Assembly: GCA_965235115.1 (NCBI GenBank)
Contig: OZ249442.1
Coordinates: 18,662,001 to 18,726,000 of the forward strand
Length of the DNA: 64,000 bases
Origin: Laetmonice hystrix
Taxonomy: Eukaryota
Reading direction: 5' to 3'
Part shown: positions 40,893-51,550 of the stretch, in pieces
Layout: every line of letters starts with the position of its first letter
Position numbering within the stretch: the first letter of the stretch is position 1
Position numbers and translations under genes: made by a program
Notes under the pieces: model-generated
What the model saw: the letters and a program-made list of their open reading frames with translations, nothing else
Database searches by the model: none
What the model was told of the DNA's origin: nothing

Positions 40893-41081
40893 GATCCGGG
40901 TTCGATCCTCAGCCTGAGCTGCATGTGTGAAAGGTTTGTCAGTCAGTTCCTTCCCGAAGCCACGTGGTTTTCTCCGGGTACTCCGGTTTCCTCCACTAAG
41001 AAAAACTGACTTTCATCATCATCTTCACCGCCGTGATATGACTCTCGCTGTTGCAAGGCGTAAAACCCCAAACACCCACCC
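40893..41081 (+). mobile_element. 5'-truncated tRNA-derived SINE with a V-SINE-type central domain
   Basis: Pol III B-box-like GGGTTCGATCC (40898-40908) and the conserved core GTGGTTTTCTCCGGGTACTCCGGTTTCCTCCAC (~40963-40995). The tail CACCGCCGTGATATGAC..GGCGTAAAACCCCAA resembles invertebrate V-domain SINEs. No A box seen. Confidence 0.85.
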
Positions 41082-41183
41082 CATAGTGACAACAGGCGCA
41101 ACTAAAGGCCTTATCTAACCTAACAACCTGCATTTTGGAGTCATTGAAATAAGAGATAGTCAGTGTTTGCTTTAAGTTTTTAC

Positions 41184-41322
41184 GAACTGAACCCAAGTAC
41201 ACAAACCAATGTACAGTTACACGTACACGAACTGGACCCAAGTACACCAACCAATGTACAGTTACACGTACACGAACTGGACCCAAATACCCCAAATACC
41301 CCAATGTACAGTTACACGTACA
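41184..41322. repeat. 45-bp minisatellite, ~3 copies
   Basis: GAACTGGACCCAAGTACACCAACCAATGTACAGTTACACGTACAC is repeated three times with few changes. Confidence 0.95.
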
Positions 41323-41699
41323 AGTCGGTTGGTCACGGTTTACGATGATTTTAGCCCTGACTGAAAGTGTTTTATACTGAAGGGATTTCCACTTGGTCGT
41401 CCAATATCTCAAGATGGTAAGATCAAGATCAACGCTGTATTTACCCCATCCTCCTTGAATATATAAGTGAGATCAAAAACGACAAGATATTTCGGTCATT
41501 TGATAAAACAATCTGGAGTAGTTTCTCAGCCTTGCTTAAAATGGGGTGATGTCACACGGAAACTTATATATAAAACATTTAGTAGGATATCTCTCGTAGT
41601 GGGTAGTAACTCGATGTAGTGGTCTCTTGTGGCGATGAGGTTATTCAGGTCATCTTTCTTAATGCGTTCTACCAGAGCAGCCAAACTAGGAATAATGAA

Positions 41700-42150
41700 A
41701 AGATTTGGTTTCGCCCAGATTTGAGGTCATCCGAGCAGATGCCAATCGTGCACTCGGAAAATGTCCTAACCTTAATCCGGCCATGAATGGCATTAGCCTG
41801 ATCTAGTGAGTACACACTGCTGTTGTCCTCGGTCACATTGTTCCCGGCCACATTAATGCCGCAAGTGATCATTTTCCAGCGGTCACGCCACTCTGACAAA
41901 TCACACAACATGCACTCGGCCTGATCTGCATGCCACTTTATTTAGTCAGAGCAAACTTTGCAGACTGTCTTCTCCAATTGGCGAGTATTTGCCGGACAAT
42001 TGGAGTTGTCGGGAGGAGATTTCGGTGAAGCAGGTCAAGCATGGTGGTGGGCACAAACAAGGAGAAGAATGCAGGAGGACACGTTGGCAGGAGCAACAGG
42101 TGACAGTTGCTCTCATTCTCACTTTCGGCATGTACCTGACAGGCGTTTAA
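41700..42150 (+). mobile_element. Possible decayed DIRS-type retrotransposon (RNase H / methyltransferase-like region)
   Basis: HIVPGHINAASD (41834-41869; cf. HIPGxxNxxAD), FADCLLQLASIC (cf. DLFAxxxNxQLxxFCS), VFSNWRVFA (~41967-41993; cf. DAFSxxW..YAFPP) and QEQQVTVALIL (cf. ExxxxILIxP) are in the expected order across frameshifts. Confidence 0.4.
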
Positions 42151-42394
42151 CAACTGGACCGTCATAGAGCACCCTCTGGTGCATGAAATGCGAATGATAG
42201 CCAAGGGCGGTCGACGCTTGACGAGGGTAGGGCTAACCATGCCGTACTGTAGTTACAGGTAGACTCAGTAAAGACATTTTAGTTTACACTTGATTAGGTT
42301 ATAGTGGACTATAACATTTTATCGAGGTTTTACTGTTGATATAAGGAGGGGGTCGGGGCGGCTAGGTATATTGGTTTCTCGTTCATGAAAGGTG

Positions 42395-44165
42395 GGTGTT
42401 TGGTGTAGGTGTTAGGTGTAGGTGTTTGGGGTAGGTGTTTGGTGTAGGTATTCCAGGTAGGGGTTTGGTGTGGGTGTTTTTTTTGTAGGTGTTTGGGGTA
42501 CATCGCCCGTGATAACTTAAACCTTACGGAATTTGGTCAAAAGTAAAGATCCATAGCCCTGACCTTACCCCTAACCTCTAACCCCGGTCCCTACACCTCC
42601 CAATAACATATCCTTATGCCTATTCCTATCCCTGGCCTTAACCCGAGCCCTTGCCCAAAAGTTTTTTTTTTTTTTTTGGGGGGGGGGGGTTACCATGGGG
42701 GAATAACCGTGTTTGGGGTAGGTGTTCGGTGTAGGGGTTCAGGTGTAGTTGTTCAGTGTAGGGGTTCAGGGTAGGGGTTCGGTGTAGGGGTTCAGGGTAG
42801 GGGTTCAGGGTAGGGGTTCGGTGTAGGGGTTCAGGGTAGGGGTTCAGGGTAGGGGTTCGGTGTAGGGGTTCAGGTGTAGTTGTTGAGGGTAGGGGTTCAG
42901 GGTAGGGGTTCGGTGTAGGGGTTCAGGGTAGGGGTTCAGGGTAGGGGTTCAGGGTAGGGGTTCGGTGCAGGTATTCGGTGTAGGGGTTCAGGTGTAGTTG
43001 TTCAGGGTAGGGGTTCGGTGTAGGGGTTCAGGGTAGGGGTTCGGTGTAGGGGTTCAGGGTAGGGGTTTGAGATAGGGTTCAGTGTATGTGTTCAGTGTAT
43101 GGGTTCAGGGTAGGGGTTTGAGATAGGGTTCGGTGTAGGGGTTCAGGGTAGGGGTTCAGTGTATGGGTTCAGGGTAGGGGTTTGAGATAGGGTTCGGTGT
43201 AGGGGTTCAGGGTAAGGGTTTGAGATAGGGTTCGGTGTAGGGGTTCAGGGTAAGGGTTTGAGATAGGGTTCAGTGTATGGGTTCAGTGTATGGGTTCAGT
43301 GTATGGGTTCAGGGTAGGGGTTTGAGATAGGGTTCGGTGTAGGGGTTCAGGGTAGGGGTTCAGTGTATGGGTTCAGGGTAGGGGTTTGAGATAGGGTTCG
43401 GTGTAGGGGTTCAGGGTAAGGGTTTGAGATAGGGTTCGGTGTAGGGGGTTCAGGGTAGGGGTTCAGGGTATGGGTTCAGGGTAGGGGTTTGAGATAGGGT
43501 TCGGTGTAGGGGTTCAGGGTAAGGGTTTGAGATAGGGTTCGGTGTAGGGGGTTCAGGGTAGGGGTTTGAGATAGGGTTCAGTGTATGGGTTCAGGGTAGG
43601 GGTTTGAGATAGGGTTCGGTGTAGGGGTTCAGGGTAAGGGTTTGAGATAGGGTTGGGTGTAGGGGTTCAGGGTAAGGGTTTGAGATAGGGTTCAGGGTAG
43701 GGGTTCAGGGTAGGGGTTCAGTGTATGGGTTCAGGGTAGGGGTTTGAGATAGGGTTCGGTGTAGGGGTTCAGGGTAGGGGTTCAGTGTATGGGTTCAGGG
43801 TAGGGGTTTGAGATAGGGTTCGGTGTAGGGGTTCAGGGTAAGGGTTTGAGATAGGGTTCGGTGTAGGGGGTTCAGGGTAGGGGTTTGAGATAGGGTTCGG
43901 TGTAGGGGGTTCAGGGTAGGGGTTTGAGATAGGGTTCAGGGTAGGGGTTCAGGGTAGGGGTTCAGGGTAAGGGTTTGAGATAGGGTTCGGTGTAGGGGTT
44001 CAGGGTAAGGGTTTGAGATAGGGTCCGGTGTAGGGGATCAGGGTAAGGGTTTGGGATAGGGTTGGGTGTAGGGGTAGGGATGAGGATGGATATTTGTTGT
44101 TTGTGAGGTCTGGACGTTAGACTTAAGGGCTAGTTTCTGCCCGTCATAGATTTTTAGTTCTTACC
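42395..44165. repeat. ~1.5-kb G-rich 13-bp satellite (about 110 units) within a family A element copy, interrupted at 42501-42710
   Basis: Units are GGTGTTTGGTGTA (42395-42500), GGGGTTCAGGGTA / GGGGTTCGGTGTA (42720-43065), then a 38-bp higher-order unit including (A/G)GGGTTTGAGATA (43066-44070). The unique flank 44087-44165 aligns with the reverse complement of 42536-42612. Confidence 0.95.
42501..42710. mobile_element. Family A element copy inserted in inverted orientation inside the G-rich satellite
   Basis: A C-rich CCCTAACC segment ends TACCATGGGGGAATAACCG, like GACCATGGAGTAATAACCGG at 6533-6552. GTGTTTGGGGTA flanks it on both sides. Confidence 0.65.
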
Positions 44166-45649
44166 ACCATATCTCATGGAGATATCACCACGGGGGATCG
44201 ACCGTGGTGAGAGTGAGATAATGTTGACAGCACAATGAAAGACACATCAGTTAGTTAACGGTAAATGTGAACCAGTCTCTGCAGGAATCGTATTGAAAGT
44301 CCGTCCCAGAATGGTCCCACTGTGTCCTGTGCAGGCCAGGCACAGTGACCAGTGCGCAGGATGCATCTGTCAGTAAGGACATCTTTATAAGCAATGTTAA
44401 AACAAGGATTGTTTCTTATTGAATGGGATATCTTCAGACTGGTCTTCGCAGAGAACAAGATAACAGTCCGATTATAAGGGGAAGTACAGTGTATTTACTC
44501 ATACAGACAAAGCAGTACATAGCGGATTACCCAGAAGTGATGTTTTGATATTTTCATATCCAGAGCTTTTCATAATAAAATGCATTTCAATAGCACCCAT
44601 ACTGTTCAGCCATATGATGGAATGGTTTTCCATTAATTGAGTGTATCCAATGAAAAATATTTGGCCTTCAAAGGATCTATAATTCAGCACACTAGCACAC
44701 AGGGATTAGGTGTTCAGGGTATTACCTTGCCATTGATGGATTCTGACCTTTCCCATGAACTGTTTCACAAGTCAGAGTTAGCCATTAGCAATCTGTATGA
44801 ATTGGCCATGATGGCTTAAAAAACACATTGTATCGTCATTATTTCAGATTATAATAAAGTGCAGTTGGCACAAGGCAGCCTCATTGGAATTGGTGAACAG
44901 TTATCAACATTAGCTTCTATGAGAACGTATTAAATTCCTAACATTGCCGTATAAGTCGTTCATCACCACTTGTCACCGGCGTACTTTTAATTGATGTGCA
45001 AGTTGGCGCGGCAGAAACGGTTATCAGTTGGTGTATTGAAAAGGTGGGGCCCTCAATGGTATGGAGCGGTAAATGTGTTGACTCGACACCTCTCTGTGGA
45101 AGGTGGACATTGTGCGGAGTGGCATGACTGTAATTATAGTCATTTCATATGTAAAGTGGTCCCGGTTGACACTAAATCAAACCAAAAAGAACACCATCAA
45201 TATTTGCAGGCACAACTTTAGGTTCGGTTTCCAATTTTCGAGAAGCCAAATATTTGTACTTAAAGAAAAAACAAAAAATAAGGATATTCTACCGTCTATT
45301 CTGTAATAAAACCACGGCCCAGATTCATAACCGCTTTGGTCGACAATTGAACAGGACGCAATTGCTAAAATAATATTATGAAATTCTATTATGAAAATCA
45401 GATTTTACAGCTAAAGTTTCATTTCGGATTTTAAAGTTTTCTCTGTTAAAAAGTGTCAAATTAAACCTATGGATGTAGTTAGAAACCTTTAGAAAATGGG
45501 TAATAATCCTTTTCGTGTTTAGGAAGAGTCGCCAGATTAATGTAATTTTTTTGGATGAGGCTGTGTGCACCATCTTCATACGATTCTCGAGCTATTGAAA
45601 AGATCTGATTCTGGACAGATATTCAAAACCCTTCAGACAAGAGTACATC

Positions 45650-46080
45650 TCTTGAAACTCCTGTCCAGTTTCCGGTGAGAAATCGGAGATAGGCCCCTAC
45701 TGATGAGTGTGTCTGTCACATTAAGTCTGGGGTTTTATATGTACCGTCTGTCAAAGTATACATTTTATACCATTTTTAGGACAACAGCATCACGAATAAC
45801 AGTAGGTTTCTATAAAGGGTAGAGTATGACAGCTAATTTCCTCTAGTTAACAGATTCTTGTTATAAATAGTAGATTTAGCGTATTATCATGTAAGTGATA
45901 CTGGTATTTGCTGAGATCCAGTTGTCCAGCTATAGAAGCGGTGGGTACAGGTGTATGTGAGCTGATTGGGTTCCGGTTTGCCACAATGGGACACATTTTT
46001 CTGGTTGTTTCCAGGTTGTTGTAGGACACAAAATTACCGGTTTATATAGTAGAGCTGATCGTTTCTAGGATATTATTTAT
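45650..46080 (-). mobile_element. Penelope-like element remnant (C-terminal part of RT)
   Basis: SSTI*TGNF (cf. SPxIANxF), LNLLFITRIC*LEE (cf. LNxxHPxIxFTxExE), TLPFIET (45805-45825; cf. LPFLDT) and TVHIKPQT*CDR (45712-45747; cf. TxVYRKPTxTDR) are collinear. Confidence 0.6.
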
Positions 46081-47436
46081 AGGAAAATCGAGCAGCAACG
46101 CAAAAAGTTGATGACGCAGTAATTATAAGCATTTGAAAACCAGGGATATAGACCTATGTTACAAAATGCTGTTTCATATGCCTACAGGAGATGATGGATA
46201 TACCGGTGGCCTATGGCTAAATGCGAAGCCCCAGTATTGGATTAATTAAGAAATCAATAGTTAGCACGAGTACATGATGTACACAATTTCATGTAAGTAG
46301 CCTCGAGACAATGGAGGCTTTCTGAGAATAAAAACTTGATGTGATGATACCTAGCAACCAAATACGGGAACATACCTGCTGGGGTACTGCACCAGGAAGG
46401 TCCGGGGGACAGGTGAACAATGATATAATGAAACATTTGACGGCGGCTCATATACTTGAAAGTAAACTTCACTGCTACGGCTGGCCACTCCAGTCAGACG
46501 CACTCATTTGGGTATCTAAACACTTGCATGGACACTTTGTCAGCACCGCGGTACTGTTTGTGATATTTAAAAAAAAAAATACTGCACTGAAGATCTTTTA
46601 ATGTTTTGGCTTTTTCATTTTTTCACTTCGCAATGACCAAGTGCCAGTTCATTATTTGCGAAATGTCTGTCAATCAGTTGTGTTTGATGGTAAGCCCCCA
46701 CCCAGTCTCGTCATAATCATAAAGTAGATTTATTGGTCTGCTGCATGTCAAATTTCACAACCGCGAATTTTTAAAATAAAATGGATGAATAATTACACAG
46801 CTAAAATCAAGCACGCTCGTGAACTGTGTTTGGATAGAGCCATGGTTACAGGAACATGCTATTTCACTTTAAAGAGGACGATTTTTTTCACATGCATGTA
46901 TGTACACAGATCTGTAGGTTAAAGTGTGTGTCCTTGTCATGAAACATTGTGGACCGCCTCATCTAGCAGTGGATATATATCTAGTAGCATGTTGAGCATT
47001 GATTTGGAATTTTTGCTAGCACCAAGAGTGAGGCGTTATTATATGGTATTAAAGGTACAAACGAATTGACATACCCTGCACCTAGTCGCCTAACAATGGC
47101 TCTGACATTCACAAACCTAACAGTAATGGTTTCCTTCTAAAGTTATCAAATGATGACAAAATTGCCCTATTTATTTTGAAAACTTTAATTGGAATGCACT
47201 AAGCTGCATTAGATTGCATGTGGCTTGCAGCAGACTCCACTAAGTGGGAGGTTTGCATGCTGCCAGTTGGCTCTTTGCCCTCCCTCTGCTTGTCCCAGCC
47301 AGTCGTCGACGGCTCGCGCTACAAGCGGGCTGGCGAGACATCTCACCGTCTGAGACAACGTTACATAGGATTATGTAACGTTGATTCGTGATCGGGACTT
47401 CGGGTCACTTGGCCAGGGAGAATGACCTTAACTCAC

Positions 47437-47511
47437 CTCTTGGGTCGCGTAATAACGGCGTGGTGATTCAGTAACGTCTGGCCTTTCTTGTCGGACATCG
47501 GCACCGACAGT
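47437..47511 (-). CDS. Isolated 75-nt internal exon candidate of an unidentified large gene
   Basis: Minus strand reads CCCCCCACCCCCTTCCCTACTCTCTGGCCAG | ACTGTCGG...CCCAAGAG | GTGAGT: pyrimidine tract, AG and a consensus donor. Length is a multiple of 3 and two frames are open (xLSVPMSDKKGQTLLNHHAVITRPK(R/S) in phase 2; TVGADVRQERPDVTESPRRYYATQE in phase 0). Confidence 0.5.
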
Positions 47512-50499
47512 CTGGCCAGAGAGTAGGGAAGGGGGTGGGGGGCTGAGACCAGAAACACTGGGTGGACGGTCCAAGGTTGGCCATGCTGTCAGCTGTGCAG
47601 CCTGGGGCATGGCCGATTCGAGAGGGAGGCAGACCTAGGCCTGAGCTATTGATCCGATCTGGCTTCACTAATTGCTACTAACCAATACACCCATGTGGCG
47701 GCCCGATCCAGACCCCGAGAAAACAGCCCTCTCCACCACCCTGATCCCTGTAATTTCCACTTAATTACTTTGTGTTGCCCTTCCACCAAACCATGCCGAA
47801 TCACCCTCCACGTGTAGAGCCATATATGGTAAAAATGCATATGAGACGAGGGGGCATATCGATTGGTTTCGGCGTTCATTATCGGTATGCCATGATTTAC
47901 CGGTGTGCAAAGAATCAAGGCCAAATATTCACCGGCCATGCCAAATGAGCCGGTATATCAGGGCCAGCTTTGTTCCCTAGATGATCGGATAAAAATGGCT
48001 ATGATTATTATACATGTTGCAAAGGGTGAGGAAGTGTGATTTGCACCTGGACGTTTGTTTAGGGCGTGTTTATTCAGGTGGTTTACATCAGGAGATTTGC
48101 CAAGCAGGATAGAAGCAAAGATGGGAGCAGTGCCATTATCGATGGCAAATATTCGGCCATACTTTCCACCCGAGAATTCTTTCATACAAGTGGCCAACAA
48201 AATGAGGGGATTGAGAGGAACAATAAGTGGAATCATTGGCTGTCCTGGCAAAAAAATGGTGTCAATTATTTATCAACTAGACTTCTTTTTGCTCTCCGTT
48301 GTCGGTAATGTTAGTCTACACCAGAGAGAAAGATGTGTTGACAGATGACTTCCAGAGTAAAAGCAGGTATATACAGATGTAATAGCAAGAAATCCAAGTG
48401 ATCAGAAGTTGGGAAAAGTTCCCGAAAGATATCAACAGGTTTGCTAGCAAGCATTGCCTGGGCTTTGATTTGTTTTGAAGCAGTGATCCTGGCTGGATAC
48501 CCAGGTATTCCTCTTGTAAATATTGGTTCTGGAGTCACAAAGCTAAAGGGTTTATTTCACAAATGAAGTTGTACCCTTTTTTTGGTTTATTTATTTGTTC
48601 TTTTTTTAAAATTAGATTTGTCGTATAATTTTCATTTGAATACCCAAATCAAACTCTCAGCATCAGCAAATAGGGTCCGTGACTGCCCCATTGAGCTTCC
48701 GATATGACATTGTTTGGTCACGTGACTCCATTACAAGTAGGTCTACCAGGCTATTGGCTTTCAGCCTGGTAGAACCACAACATGGGTCTCGCTGACTGAC
48801 CGCCTATGCTCCTCTTTACAAAAACACAACAAAGAATCTGCAGTGGTGTTTATCTGTTCGTTCAAGTAAAGCAGTCAATTATTTACAATGATAATATTGC
48901 AGACTAGACTTTTACTTAGTTTGACTTTGTCAGTTTAGTTTGCGTCTGGTTTTTTGTTGTTGTACCCCTGCGGGATATGCATATGACTTTATAGGTGGGT
49001 CACATAGTCCACCTGGTCATATAGAATCAATTATATGTAACATTACAAGGGGGATATTGGCATTGCGCATAATGTAAACGATCATTTTCGAGAAAGGTGG
49101 ACACTCAGTTGACAGTACGAGTAACATAAGAAAAGTTGGGAACATTTCTATGTACGTAATACATGCACTCTGAACTGAGGTTAATCAGGCCGCTGCTGAT
49201 GCTGATGTTGCTGCGACTCCACACAGGCTGCTGAGGTACTGGCCCTAATGGCTTTGTGTGGTACAACCATTCCATAAAGCTATGATCTGCTCCGATCATA
49301 TTTAATCTGGTGGATGCATGTTTATTCTATTACTGACACAGTCTAATGTATCCAAGACATAGGCACGCTACAAGTGCAGGGACCCCGTGTTGCCGTGTGA
49401 CACGTCAGTAAAGTAAGCGGTATAAACGTTGTCTTTGTTCCATCAACGCCGAGTAACCCCTAATGCTGTCAGCTTCCACTATCCATAAAACTCCAATGCC
49501 TTGTTGTAATCATCAAACCTTGTTGCTGATGGTTCCGTTTTCTATCAATCCAGCCTCGTGGCTCTACTTAGCGAGCTTCATAAGAGAACAAAAGAACATA
49601 GAAGCGCGGAAATGTCAGCCGGTGTAAAGATATATGTTAGTATTAATGTTTCAAACAGAATGGTGCTGTAAACAGAAGCAGAGCTGTTCTGATTGTGGAC
49701 ATCATCCGATGTTTCTACCTAATATGGCCTTTCCCTAAGCCCTCGTACTCTTTCGGACAACAGGGAACGAGTTGAACGTTTCAAATGGAATTTCTTATAA
49801 CAGAAATTAAACATCTAAACATAGACAGTGAATCAGCTTAACATTTAACCCAACCTTCCAATTCATAAGCATTACGTACATAAATCCAAAGTTTAAATGA
49901 ATTTTGAGTTCTGTCACAAAGGAATCTTCAAGACAGCCATGTAATTACTGTTAAGCACACGAAGTCAAATTCCTAGTTCTGGCGCAATTGTATTCGCGGA
50001 AAATTATACGGTATAAGCTTATATATATATTTTTTACCTATGTTTGGATTTAAAACACATCTGTTATGATTTCATTACCCGGCTTCTTGCATTACTGGGA
50101 CCTTCTTTTCCTTTTGTTACTTGTCTGTCCCACGTGTTCTGTGTATATGTATATGATACATATCCTTTTCAAATATTGTTTTCCTTTTTTCTATTTGAAT
50201 TGTGTAAAACTGAGAATACTATTCCATGCCACTAAGTGGACTCGACACGTTAGATGTATACATGTAAATTAAAACTAAACAGTTAGAAAGTTTATGTTAC
50301 GAGTTGGGTTACAAAATATCCTATATGAAATAAGACGGTTTGGATAGTGATATTCTAACAATAGCAAAAGAACAATCCGAAACCAAAAGTAGAATCATAC
50401 AATATCAGGTTGTATAATCCTTTAAATTTTCAAAGGATATCACATGATGTAAGGTATATCTACAGATATGTATTAGATACAAAGTAAAGTAGGTCTATG

Positions 50500-50700
50500 C
50501 TTCTAAATTCTGAAGCTTCTAGCTTAGAATAGGTGCACGCTCGCCTTGAACCTCCGATGTAACAGATATTGAGCTTATCAGACGACCAGATAACTAAGTG
50601 ATTTAGAGAGGTCCTATATCTTTCGAGGTGGATTGATATGAAAGGGTCGGGACAGAAATAATTCAGGTAATATTTCCCATGAGAAGCATTTGCACTCTTG
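50500..50700 (-). mobile_element. Possible Penelope GIY-YIG endonuclease remnant
   Basis: NHLVIWSSDKLNICYIGGSRR (~50540-50603) has the N-to-YIG spacing of NVVYxIxCxxCxxxYIGxTxR but lacks the cysteines. Confidence 0.25.
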
Positions 50701-51129
50701 TAATATCTGCTGCATTTTGGGGCATCGTGCGCTTGACGTATGATGATGGAAGGCAACCAGCATATGTAGACTATCAGGAAACGAGGATGCTGAGATTTGC
50801 TTGAAATATTTAACGGCAAACCATATGTGAGCTAGGCTGTCTATGCTAACAGAACACGTTGTCTAATCCCGTCTCGTGTCAGTTTCTTGAATTTTGAGCC
50901 CTTTACACGCGTTTCAAATTAAGAGATCTTTCCAAAGTAAAGAATTAAGTTAAGAATAGAGAGAATTTGGTTACGAATAGCAGGTTCAGTGAAACACCAA
51001 CTTTCATTATCTACAAGCCTTGTCCCCCGCCATGTTGTACTGGCTGCACTCAGAGCAAGAATATTAGGATGGGTCCCAATATTCTTGTCCAGAGGCTGAA
51101 ATAATAGCTGTCCTAGTCAGTATTAACAT

Positions 51130-51550
51130 TTAAAGGCAGGGTAAACACCCACGGCAAATAAGGTTTCATAGACCAAATGAAACACCAGCATTTACCTCAG
51201 GGCAATAAATGCCACAATTACGTTGTCTGAATAAAGTAATTAACGTGTAACCGCCCGATGTATGACGCCGCTGGTTCTTACCTTGACCTTCTTGAATGCT
51301 GCACACCGCGGCGTATTGCGTAACATTACGTGTTACTCTGCTCACAGACCTTGTCTACACGATGTTTGGAGTCCCAACGTTTGTAAACGTCCGATGTGTT
51401 GGACACACAAGCAGAACCAGCGGCGTCACACACCGGGCAGTTACTTCATTCAGACAACGTTATTGTGGCATTTATTGCCCTGAGGTAAATGCTGGTGTTT
51501 CATTTGGTCTACGAAACCTTATTTGCCGTGGGTGTTTACCCTTCCTTTAA
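51130..51550. mobile_element. Young, nearly palindromic Kolobok-type MITE (~135-145-bp TIRs, TTAA TSD)
   Basis: TTAA|AGGCAGGGTAAACACCCACGG...CCGTGGGTGTTTACCCTTCCT|TTAA. The first ~98 bp of the arms differ by 3 substitutions and 1 indel. Similarity continues to GACGCCGCTGGTTCT past an 11-bp indel, with a ~134-bp spacer. Confidence 0.93.

Noticed and set aside
42395-44075. G-rich array as a true telomere or a sign of subtelomeric position
   Set aside because: Units are 13-bp variants rather than (TTAGGG)n, the array is internal with element-derived flanks, and the nearby PLE remnants appear to carry an endonuclease, unlike telomere-associated PLEs.
45100-45165. C-type-lectin-like HCAEWHDCNYSHFICK
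   Set aside because: Spacing is too short for the WND..C.....FIC motif, the upstream CTLD motifs are absent, and there are no convincing splice sites.
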